From assembly GCA_038087875.1 (NCBI GenBank), contig JAXLNO010000446.1, positions 124,001 through 188,000 on the forward strand: 64,000 nucleotides of DNA, written 5' to 3'. Numbering within the stretch: the first letter of the stretch is position 1; every line of letters begins with the position of its first letter. The notes under the pieces are model-generated. The model made no database searches and had not been told where the DNA came from. It was given only the letters and a program-made list of their open reading frames with translations. Positions 24,577-36,118 of the stretch are shown piece after piece. Both the position numbers and the translations under genes were made by a program. Origin of the DNA: Malacoraja senta. Taxonomy: Eukaryota.

Positions 24577-25405
24577 CTAGACCGTTGGGTCCCAATCACA
24601 AGGGAGGCCTGGTCCCCCTACGCAACCTGTTCCCCAACGCAATATTCCACCACTCACCCGTAACTAGGCAGGCGCGACTCATTTCCCCTCATCCCCTAGC
24701 ACTTCCCCCCTACTGCTGCTGGGGGTGGGGCTGGGGGTGGGGCTGCTGCTGGGGGTGGGGCTGCTGCTGGGGTGGGGCTGCTGCTGGGGGTGGGGCTGCT
24801 GCTGGGGCTGGGGGCGGGGCTGCTGCTGGGGCGGTGCTGCTGGTGGGGCGGGGCTGCTGCTGGAGGCGGGGCTGCTGCTGGGGGCGGGGCTGCTACTGGG
24901 TCGGGGCTGCTGCTGGGGGCGGGGCTGCTGCTGGGACGGGGCTAGGGGCGGGGCTGCTGCTGGGGCGGTGCTGCTGGTGGGGCGGGGCTGCTGCTGGGGG
25001 CGGGGCTGCTGCTGGGGGCGGGGCTGCTACTGGGTCGGGCTGCTGCTGGGGGCAGGGCTGCTGCTGGGGCGGGGCGGGGCTGCTTCGGTCCCTCTGAAAG
25101 TCCGGTTGGAAACCTCCACCGGCCATTCTCAGCTTCACTAATGACGCGATGGCGCAGGAAGGGGAGGAACGTCCCGGAGAGTGACAGGGGAAGAGACTAA
25201 TCCACGGGGCACTGACTGGCAGGATAAGAGATCGATCTGCGCACGCGCGGTTTTTGAGATTTTTAAACCTTGCTAACTTTTACGACATTCAACCGATCGG
25301 AACGAAACTTGGTGAAATCGCAGCGCAGGAGAACAGTGAGTGAACTGGCAAAAATCGTAGAGCTATCGTGAACCGTTTTGCGCAAATAGAATGACCGCCA
25401 AACCA
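24577..25405 (-). mobile_element. Second Helitron-type element (3' end kept, 5' end lost) with an 18-bp GC-rich minisatellite at about 24713-25083
   Basis: CTAG at 24577-24580 next to a host A; shares CCGTTGGGTCCCA and CCCAACGCAATATTCCACC with 8641-8696; (GGGGCTGCTGCTGGGGGC)n array. Confidence 0.72.
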
Positions 25406-25584
25406 GAACATGTTTCCTGCCTCTAGCGTGTCCAAACCCGTAATAATCTTATCCTAAATTCCAGAGTATACAAGCCCAGCCGCTCCATTCTCTCAGCATA
25501 TGACAGTTCCGCCATCCCATGAATTAACCTTGTAAACCTACGCTGCACTCCCTCAATAACAAGAATGTCCTTCCTCAAATTAGG

Positions 25585-28500
25585 AGTATCAGTTGTTGCG
25601 TGGTGTCCACCAGTGACCTGGTTGGCAGAGTAAGTGCACGTATTTCTTATTCCTTTCTATGTTTATGGATACCACATGGAACAATAAAATTGCAAACACC
25701 GTTTCCACACCTGATCATGTTGCAGAATACTGCAACCATCTGAGTGGACAGCGCAACGCACGTCACACATCATACGCACAAACGTACGTTGCGGTGGACA
25801 CTCAAAGGTTTGGTGTCCCATAAAACGAACGTTACATTGCCAACCAACCAAACTGGACCTAGGGTTGAGATTTTTGATTGGAGAAAGGCTAACTTTGAGG
25901 AGATGCGAAAGGATTTAAAAGGAGTAAATTGGGACAGTTTGTTTTATAGGAAAGATGTGGAAGAGAAATGGAGGACATTTAAAGGTGAAATTTTAAGAGT
26001 ACAGAATCTTTATGTCCCTGTTCGGTTGAAAGGAAATAGTAAAAATTGGAAAGAGCCATGGTTTTCAAGGGAAATTGGACGCAGTTCGGAAAAAGAGAGA
26101 GATCTACAATAATTATAGGCAGCATGGAGTAAATGAGGTGCTTGAGGAGTATAAAAAATGTTAAAAGTGTCTTGAGAAAGAAATTAGAAAAGCTAAAAGA
26201 AGATATGAGGTTGCTTTGGCAAGTAAGGTGAAAGTAAATCCAAAGGGTTTCTACAGCTATATTAATAGCAAAAGGATAACGAGGGATACAATTGGTCCAT
26301 TAGAGAGTCAGAGTGGAGAGCTATCTGCAGAGCCAAAAGAGATGGGGGAGATATTGAACAATTTCTTTTCTTCGGTATTCACCAAGGAGAAGGATATTGA
26401 ATTATGTGAGGTAAGGGAAACAAGTAGAGTGGCTATGGAAACTATGAGATTCAAAGAAGAGGAAGTACTGACACTTTTGAGAAATATAAAAGTGGATAAG
26501 TCTCCAGGTCCGGACAGGATATTCCCTAGGACATTGAGGGAAGTTAGTGTAGAAATAGCAGGGGCTATGACAGAAATATTTCAAATGTCATTGGAAACGG
26601 CAATAGTGCCGGAGGATTGGCGTACTGCGCATGTTGTTCCATTGTTTAAAAAGGGGTCTAAGAGTAAACCTAGCAATTATAGACCTGTTAGTTTGACTTC
26701 AGTGGTGAGCAAATTAATGGAAAGGATACTTAGAGATAATATATATAAGCATCTGGATAAACAGGGGCTGATTAGGAACAGTCAACATGGATTTGTGCCT
26801 GGAAGGTCATGTTTGACTAATCTTCTTGAATTTTTTGAAGAGGTTACTCGGGAAATTGATGAGGGTAAAGCCGTGGATGTTGTATATATGGACTTCAGTA
26901 AGGCCTTTGACAAGGTTCCTCATGGAAGGTTGGTTAAGAAGGTTCAATGGTTGGGTATTAATGGTGGAGTAGCAAGATGGATTCAACAGTGGCTGAATGG
27001 GAGATGCCAGAGAGTAATGGTGGATGGTTGTTTGTCAGGTTGGAGGCCAGTGACTAGTGGGGTGCCACAGGGATCTGTGTTGGGTCCACTGTTGTTTGTC
27101 ATGTACATCAATGATCTGGATGATGGTGTGGTAAATTGGATTAGTGTATGCAGATGATACTAAGATAGGTGGGGCTGTGGATAATGAAGTAGATTTTCAA
27201 AGTCTACAGAGAGATTTATGCCGGTTGGAAGAGTGGGCTGAAAGATGGCAGATGGAGTTTAATGCTGATAAGTGTAAGGTGCTACATCTTGGCAGGACAA
27301 ATCAAAATAGGACGTACATGGTAAATGGTAGGGAATTGAAGAATGCAGGTGAACAGAGGAATCTTGGAATAACTGTGCACAGTTCCCTGAAAGTGGAATC
27401 TCTTGTAGATAGGGTGGTAAAGAAAGCTTTTGGTGTGCTGGCTTTTATAAATCAGAGCATTGAGTATAGAAGTTGGGATGTAATGTTAAAATTGTACAAG
27501 GCATTGGTGAGGCCAATTCTGGAGTATGGTGTACAATTTTGGTCGCCTAATTATAGGAAGGATGTCAACAAAATAGAGAGAGTACAGAGGAGATTTACTA
27601 GAATGTTGGCTGGGTTTCAGCAACTAAGTTACAGAGAAAGGTTGAACAAGTTAGGGCTTTATTCCTTGGAGCGCAGAAGGTTAAGGGGGGACTTGATAGA
27701 GGTCTTTAAAATGATGAGAGGGATAGACAGAGTTGACGTGGATAAGCTTTTCGCACTGAGAGTAGGGAAGATTCAAACAAGGGGACATGACTTGAGAATT
27801 AAGGGACAGAAGTTTAGGGGTAACATGAGGGGGAACCTCTTTACTCAGAGAGTGGTGGCTGTGTGGAATGAGCTTCCAGTGAAGGTGGTGGAGGCAGGTT
27901 CGTTTTTATCATTTAATAATAAATTGGATAGTTATATGGACGGGAAAGGAATGGAGGGTTATGGTCTGAGCGCAGGTATATGGGACTAGGGGAGAATACG
28001 TGTTTGGCACGGACTAGAAGGGTCGAGATGGCCTGTTTCCGTGCTGTAATTGTTATATGGTTATATGGTTATTTTCACCAATGTGATCTAAACGGTACAT
28101 TACCTTATGGATTTGAGCTATATCGATGGCCAATGATTCGTCAGAATGATTGGTTTGGGATGAATTTTTAGTAAGTAAAATGTCTCCGTAACGGTCGTTG
28201 CGGAGCTTCCCGAAGTTGACACGAAGGAATGAAGTTAGCGAAAGGTAAACAAGAGACAGTGTGTTGCCAAATTGAAGATTGGCTCAGTTTCTTAGTTTTG
28301 ATGACCAATTTATGTCCAAAACATTTTGTTAATTGATTTTAAAAAGTCGGAAAATATATCGTAAACGGTCGTTGCGTTTTTGACACCAATGTTTTTGATA
28401 TATTAAATTGGAAAATAAGAAATATTAATTAACTCACCCAAAAATCGCTACTACCATAGGACACCTCATGTCCTATATAGGTGGCCTACTCCTGCACCTA

Positions 28501-29050
28501 TTTTCTATGTTTCTATGCTTCTATGTTTCTATGTTGGGTTTTTGAACAGCATTAGAGGTTTGGAGCGTCCGTGATTTAACTTACGGAGGTACCGACCCCG
28601 ATAACAGTCGTTGTGACAATGGACACCAAGCACAACGTCCGTTCCAGGATCTGTACTGTACTGTATTAACTTTATGTTACTGTAATTTTCTCCTGGTATT
28701 GATGAAGATATTTCCCTAGATCATTATCAAAACGTTTATGTATGAGGAGCCATATGAAGTTTATTTAGAATTAAATATACATGACTAAATGTGGCAGAGT
28801 TTTTAATGTCACATTTTTGGTGTCCAAATTGGTGGTAAAAGGATGAAAATTTGTCTGTCATGAAAAACGTTTTTGACTTTCGGTCTTGAAATTATCTAAT
28901 TTATAAGGTTTCACATGATGGGTAGTTTTTTGTTAAGAACAGTGTAATGATGTAAAAAACTGAATAATAATCTTGTTCCTCAACATCTCTCCAGTATTGT
29001 AAAAATACTCATATATACTGAACTTTTTTCTATTATGGGTTTTACAGAGT
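25585..29050. mobile_element. Unclassified AT-rich element remnant (about 25585-25845 and 28071-29050) split by CR1 insertions
   Basis: Recurring motifs (T)AACGGTCGTTGCG and GGTGTCCA/TGGACAC on both sides of the CR1; looks like subterminal repeats of a DNA transposon; no TIR pair confirmed. Confidence 0.35.
25847..28070 (+). pseudogene. CR1 LINE of a second subfamily, 5'-truncated ORF2 with frameshifts
   Basis: ORFs 25744-26112, 26216-27157 and 27144-27989 (QHGFVPGRSC, MDFSKAFD, YADD); distinct (ATGGTTAT)n tail. Confidence 0.96.
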
Positions 29051-29058
29051 ATTATGTA

Positions 29059-30637
29059 CAGTGCATTCGGAAAGTATCCAGACCCCTTTACTTTTGTTAC
29101 GTTACAAAATGAATTAAATTCTTTATTTTTAATCATAAATCTACACACAAAACCACGTAATATAAAAGCGAAAACAGGTGTTTAGAAATTTTTGCGAAGT
29201 AATTACTAAGAAATAACTGAAATATCACATATACATAAGCATTCAGACCCTTTGCTATGAAACTCAAAATTGAGCTTAGGTTAATCCTGTTTCCATTGAT
29301 TACCCTTGAGATATTTCTAAAACTTCATTGGAGTCCACAAGTTGTAAATTAATTTGATTGGACATGATTTAGAAAGGCACACACCTGTCTATATAAGGTC
29401 CCACAGTTGACAGTGCATCAGAGCAAAAACCAAGCCATGAAGATGAAGGAATTGTCCGTAGACCTCTGAGACAGGATTGTGTGGAGACACAGATCTGGGG
29501 AAGGGTATAAAACAATTTCTGCAGTATTGCAGGTCCCGAAGAGCACAGTGGCCTCCGTCATTCTTAAATGGAAGAACTTTGAAATCACCAGGACTCTTCA
29601 TAGAGCTGGCCGCCCGGTCAAACTGAGCATTCGGGGGGGAGAAGGGCCTTGGACAGGGAGGTGACCAAGAATCCGATGGTCACTCTGGCAGAGCTCCAGA
29701 GTTCCTCTGTGGAGATGGGAGAACCTTCCAGAAGGACAATTATATCTGCAGCACTCCACCAATCAGGCCTTTATGGCAGAGTGGCCAGACGGAAGCCACT
29801 CCTCTGTAAAAGGCACATGACAGCCCTCTTGGAGTTTGCCAAAAGGCACCTAAACAAGATTCTCTGGTCTGATGAAACCAAGATTGAACTCTTTGGCCTG
29901 AATGCCAAGCGTCACGTCACCGCTCAACACCTGGCCAATACCATACCTACGGTGAAACATGGTGGTGGTAACATCATGCTGTGGGGATATTTATCAGCGG
30001 CAGGAGCTGGGAGACTAGTCAGGATCGAGGGAAAGATGAATGGAGCAAAGTACAGAGAGATCCTTGATGAAAACCTGCTCCAGAGCATTCAGGACCTCAG
30101 ACTGGGGTGGAGGTTCACCTTCCAACAGGACAACGACCCTAAGCACACAGCCAAGACAACGCAGGAGTGGCTTTATGACAAGTCTGTGAATGTCCTTGAG
30201 TGGCCCAGCCAGAGCCCGGACTTGAACCCAATCGAATATCTCTGGAGGGACCTGAAAATAGCTGTGCATCAACCCTCCCCATCCAACCTGACAGAGCTTG
30301 AGAGGATCGGCAGAGAAGAATGGGAGAAATTCCCCAAATACAGGTATGCCAAGCTTGTAGCGTCATACCCAAGAAGACTTGAGGCTGTAATCGTTGCCAA
30401 AGATGCCTCAACAAAGTACTGAGTGAAGGGTCTGAATACTTATGTAAATGTGATATTTGTTATTTCTTTTTAATTACTTTGCAAACATTTCTAAACACCA
30501 GTTTTTGGTTTTTTTATTATGGGCTATTGTGTATAGATTGATGATAAAAAAAAAGAATTTAATCCATTTTAGAATAAGGCTGTAATGTAACAAAATGTGG
30601 AAAAGTGAAGGAGTCTGAATACTTTCTGAATGCACTG
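29059..30637 (+). mobile_element. Tc1 DNA transposon, IR/DR type, with a defective DD34E transposase (about 29437-30422)
   Basis: TA|CAGTGCATTCGGAAAGTAT...ATACTTTCTGAATGCACTG|TA; inner DRs at about 29240 and 30428; [24 protein letters not shown] with 34 residues between D and E; an early stop, a frameshift and deletions. Confidence 0.97.
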
Positions 30638-30698
30638 TATACGTATCTTTTATGCTGCTGCAAGTAAGAATTTCATTGTTCCGTTTTGGATATGAAAA

Positions 30699-33687
30699 AT
30701 GGCGGCTGCGAGGCTCGCCCCAGTACAAGTTGTGTTCCTGTCTATTGTACTTGTGTCTGCGTTATACGTTCGTAATGTGTCATGTATAACCCAATACACC
30801 CGCTGGGAACTTCTAAATCTCAAACTTAACATCCACGGAGTCCTGAGGCCATCTCTACCGAAGGAAATAACGTTTGTTTCTCCGGGTCTCTCTACATTCT
30901 GGCCGCAGACCGGCAAACGAAGCCGATCGCAGACCGCGGACCGCGGACCGCGGACCGCGGACCACAGACCGCAGACCAGCAAACGAAGCAGGCGCTCCGG
31001 TATCCTCTCAAGGTTCAAGAGGTGCCCATTCCGACCTCCTCTCCCAGCCCTTCTGCTGGCAAATGTTAGATCTCTCCGGTACAAGATGGACGAACTCCAG
31101 CTTCTGATTCAGACCAACAGGAACTACAGCAACTGCTCTGCCATCTGCCTGACTGAATCCTGGCTGGATCAGTCAGTGCCTGACCAAGCAGTAACGCTGC
31201 CAGGATATACACTTCACCGAGCCGACAGGTCAGCTGAACTATCTTTCAAGTTAAAAGGTGGTGGAATATGCATTATGATAAACCAATGCTGGTGCACAAA
31301 CTCCACCTCACTCAGCCATGTATGTTCCCCACTCTTGGAGTATCTTACTGCCACATGCAGACCCACCTACCTCCCCAGAGAATTTGCATCGGTCATTGTA
31401 ATCGGTGTTTATATTCCACCTAAGGCTAATGCTAACGCCGCCATGAGCGAACTAGCCTGTCACATATCCGACACAGAAAATGCATACCCAGATGCAGCAA
31501 TAATTGTGTTAGGTGACTTCAACCACACCAACCTGTCCACTGAGCTTCCAAACTACCACCAGCACGTGACCTGCCCCAGCAGAGGGAACAACACGCTCGA
31601 CCACTGCTATACCCCGTTTAAGGAGGCCTACCGTGCCTTTGTAGGAGCTCCGTTGGGCAAGTCAGACCACGCGATGCTGCTGCTTATCCCAAAGTACAAG
31701 CAAAAAAAAAATCCTCAAAAAATTCGCCCAAATCTGTTAGGTCGTGGTCTACAGACGCCATCGAAAAGCTGCAAGGCTGCTTCGCATGCACTGATTGGGA
31801 AGTTTTCCGCGCAGCTGGTGTCCTCCACGACTACACGGACACAGTGACGTCATATGTCCAATTTTGCGAGCAACTCTGTATCCCTTCAAGAACGGTTAAA
31901 CAATACAACAATAAGCCCTGGTTCACAAACGAAATTCAACAATTAAGAACTGAGAAAAATGTTGCATATAAATCTGGACTACATGGCTGCAAAATATAAA
32001 TTAAGGTCTACAATAAGGAAAGTCAAACACAATTATGCCACCAAAATAGAACAAGAAATCTCAACCAACAACACTAGAACTGTCTGGAAAAAACTTCAGG
32101 AAATCACCAACTACAAAAAGAAATCCACCCCCATCCTTGATAATGATCATCAACTCCCAGACAAACTGAACACTTTCTATGGCAGGTTTGAACAGTCTCC
32201 AGTCCCTCCACCATCGTCCCCCTCTCCTCTTCCTCCCCCTCCATTCCACATCCAGGAGGCCGAGGTGAGGACTACCTTCAGGAGACAGAAGAAAAACAAA
32301 TCTGCAGGCCCAGACAACATCAGCCCAGCAGTGCTCCATCATTGTGCAGCAGAACTGGCCCCTGTGTTCACCAACATCTTCAATACCTCCCTCTGCCAAT
32401 GTTCAGTGCCCCAGTGCTTCAAACAATCCACCATCATTCCTGTGCCCAAGTCTAACACAACATCCTGCCTCAATGACTACAGACCGATTGCCCTTACATC
32501 TGTGGCCATGAAGTTATTTGAGCGCATTATTCTCGCTCACCTCAAAACCAGCACTTCCTCCAACATGGACCCACATCGTATTCGCATATCCTGTTCATGG
32601 ACTTCAGTTCGGCATTCAACTCCATCAACCCGGTCAAACTCTTCCATAAATTAACAGACATGAACATTGACCCCTGCATCTGTCATTGGATCTATAGCTT
32701 CCTTTGGAACAGACAACAGAGGGTGAAGATACATAACACCATATCTCACCCTCTGCACCTCAGTACAGGAGCCCCTCAGGGCTGCATCTTGTCACCCTGG
32801 TTATTTTCACTCTACACAAATCAACTCACATCCCAGTATAGTTCAGTCAAAATATATAAATACGCAGGTGACACAACCATCATAGGTCTCATCTCTAACA
32901 ACAACGAAACAGAATACCGCACTCAAACAAACAAAGCAGTCACTTGGTGCACAGATAATAACCTCCTACTCAACACATCAAAAACACATGAACTTATCAT
33001 TGATCTCAGACGTAAGGCACAACCCAAGACCCCCCTACTCATCTCTGGCGAACCCATATCCACCACTGACTCATTCAAATTTCTTGGCACTCACATAAGC
33101 AATAACCTCAAATGGAAAATCAATTCAGATCACATTTATAAAAAAGCCAACCAAAGACTTTTCTTTCTCCGTCAGCTCAAGAAGTTCAGAGTGAGGAAAC
33201 ATCTCCTAATCTGATTTTACACAGCCATCATCCAAAGCATGCTCACTTCATCAATAACAGTTTGGTACAGCAGTTTAGACACTCACTCCCGTAATAAACT
33301 ACAGCGCATTGTCAACAAAGCATCCAAAATCATCAGCACTCCCCTCCCATCAATAGAATCACTCAATCTCAAACGGTCCGTGTCAAGGGTGAAGAAAATC
33401 ATTTCTGATCCCTCCCACCCAGCTCACCACATCTTCCACCTGCTGCCGTCAGGAAGGCGCTACAGCTCACTGCCCGCCGAAACATCACGATTTAAAAACA
33501 GTTTCTACCCATATGCAATTCGAACTCTGAACACTCTATGACAACATCACATAGCCACCTCGTGCATGTACTGTATACTGTATGTTGTTGTGTTTTATGT
33601 TATGTTTGACGGGAATCAGCCTATTGTGTAACATCCTGTACTGAACATGAATTCCACCAGCTTGACTGTGTGGTCATTAAATAATCT
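30699..33687 (+). pseudogene. Near-full-length Rex1/Babar-like LINE (APE endonuclease plus RT), frameshifted
   Basis: ANVRSL, CLTESWL, GDFN, LDHCY and SDH endonuclease motifs; DYRPIALTS, DFSSAFN, GAPQG and YAGD RT motifs; LLPSGRR..FKNSF C-terminus; possible TSD AAAAATG (30695 and 33688). Confidence 0.9.
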
Positions 33688-34922
33688 AAAAATGTCAATG
33701 AAACAGTCTAGAATCTTAATTCCATGTTAAAAATGAAATGGTTATCCCCCCATTTCCATATTATAGTGGTGTTAAGGGATATGGAGAGAAGGCAGGAACA
33801 GGGTACTAATTGGGGATGATCAGCCATGATCATATTGAATGGCAGTGCTGGCTCGAAGGGCCGATTGGCCTACTCCTGCACCTATTGGCTATTGTCTACG
33901 AGATTTCTCAGTGCATCGACAGGTTGCCATAATTTAGACCAACGTTTCCACCCCTGAGCTCATGAAAGGCAATATATTAATGTGAGATATTCATTCAATG
34001 CCTATTTTGCACAGCTCACAAGTATCATTCTGGGTCAGACGTACGGGCAATGAACTATTGGGCACAAAGTGTAAACGTCCCTTTGAATAGAGACAAACAT
34101 GGTGATGATAAGATAGGGTTACGAGCAAGTATTGAAACTGCTTCCATGTAAAAGCGATGTGGTATTGTTTCAGCTTGCGCTAATCTCTTCCTCTGCTACA
34201 CGGGATCATGTTTCCATCACTTTACAACTGGCACCACTTCAGCATGGAAACTTGAACAAACATAATATTTCAAAGCTAATGCCAGGATATATAGGCTCTC
34301 ATTTTTCTGCTGTGGGTGGACATTCCAGCTGTTCAGCAGGGATCTCGCAGACCAGTGGGGGGGTGTCAAACTTCTAGTTTTAACAACAATGTCATAGCGT
34401 GGGGTAAGCAGTGAGTGATCAAGAGTTACTCTCCGCTGCGTCACTTTAGCCTACACATCCTCATCTTCAACTGCGGCCTCATAGAGTCATAGGTGTGCAG
34501 CACGGAAACAGGCCCTTCAGCCCACCTTGTCCATGCCGAGCCACATTTGGTCCATAGCACTTTAAACCCGACCAATAGTTGCGTTTAAGAGACTTTTAGA
34601 TGGACACATGGAAAGGCAGGGGATGGAGGGATATGGATCATGTGCAGGCAGAGAAGTTAGTTTGACACCATCTTGTTTGCCATGGACATTGTGGGCCGAA
34701 GGGCCTGTTCCTGGGATTTACTGTTCTATGTACTATGTTCTATATTCAATGTATTTAAAGTTTGTTTAAGGTCATAAGGTCATAAGTGATAGGAACAGAA
34801 TTGGGCCATTCGGCCCATCAAGTCTATTCCGCCATTCAATCATGGGTCATCTATCTGTCCCTCCCAATCACATTCTCCTGCCTTCCCCCCATAACCCCTG
34901 ACACCCATACTAATCAAGAATC

Positions 34923-36118
34923 ATAGAAACATAGAAAATAGGTGCAGCAGTAGGCCATTCGGCCCTTCGAGCCTGCACCGCCATTCAATATGATCATGGC
35001 TGATCATCCAACTCAGTATCCTGTACCTGCTTTCTCTCCATACCCCCTGATCCCTTTAGCCACAAGGGCCACATCTAACTCCCTCTTAAATATAGCCAAT
35101 GAACTGGCCTCAACTACCTTCTGTGGCAGAGAATTCCAGAGATTCACCACTCTCTGTGTGAAAAATGTTTTTCTCATCTCGGTCCTGAAAGATTTCCCCC
35201 TTATCCTTAAACTGTGACCCTTTGTCCTGGACTTCCCCAACATCGGGATCAATCTTCCTGCATCTAGCCTGTCCAACCCCTTAAGAATTTTGTAAGTTTC
35301 TATAAGATCCCCCCTCAATCTTCTAATTCTAGCGAGTACAAGCCGAGTCTATCCAGTCTTTCTTCATATGAAAGTCCTGACATCCCAGGAATCAATCTGG
35401 TGAACCTTCTCTGTACACCCTCTATGGCAAGAATGTCTTTCCTCAGATATGGAGACCAAAACTGTACGCAATACTCCAGGTGTGGTCTCACCAGGACCCT
35501 GTACAACTGCAGTAGAACCTCCCTGCTCCTATACTCAAATCCTTTTGCTATGAATGCTAACATACCATTCGCTTTCTTCACTGCCTGCTGCACCTGCATG
35601 CCTACTTTCAATGACTGGTGTACCATGACACCCAGGTCTCGTTACATCTCCCCTTTTCCTTATCGGCCACCATTCAGATAATAGTCTACTTTCCTGTTTT
35701 TGCCACCAAAGTGGATAACCTCACATTTATCCACATTATACAGCATCTGCCATGCATTTGCCCACTCACCAAGCCTATCCAAGTCACCTTGCAGCCTCCT
35801 AGCATCCTCCTCACAGCTAACACTGCCCCCCAGCTTCATGTCATCTGCAAACTTGGAGATGTTGCATTCAATTCCCTCGTCCAAATCATTAATATATATT
35901 GTAAATAGCTGGGATCCCAGCACTGAGCCTTGCGGTACCCCACTAGTCACTGCCTGCCATTCTGAAAATGACCCATTTACTCCTACTCTTTGCCTCCTGT
36001 TTGCCAACCAGTTCTCTATCCACATCAATACTGAACCCCCAATACCGTGTGCTTTAAGTTTGTATACTAATCTACTATGTGGGACCTTGTCGAAAGCCTT
36101 CTGAAGGTCCAGATATAA
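34923..36118 (-). pseudogene. Young CR1 3' half (RT)
   Basis: ORFs 35013-35318, 35315-35626 and 35660-36120. Confidence 0.95.

Noticed and set aside
24585..25141. Gly/Ala/Cys/Trp-rich ORFs resembling structural proteins
   Set aside because: They are translations of a stop-free 18-bp minisatellite inside a Helitron-type element.
34990..35217. Recurrent MIMADHPTQYPVPAF... ORF as a multicopy gene family
   Set aside because: It is the antisense frame of the CR1 3' end, repeated with each LINE copy.
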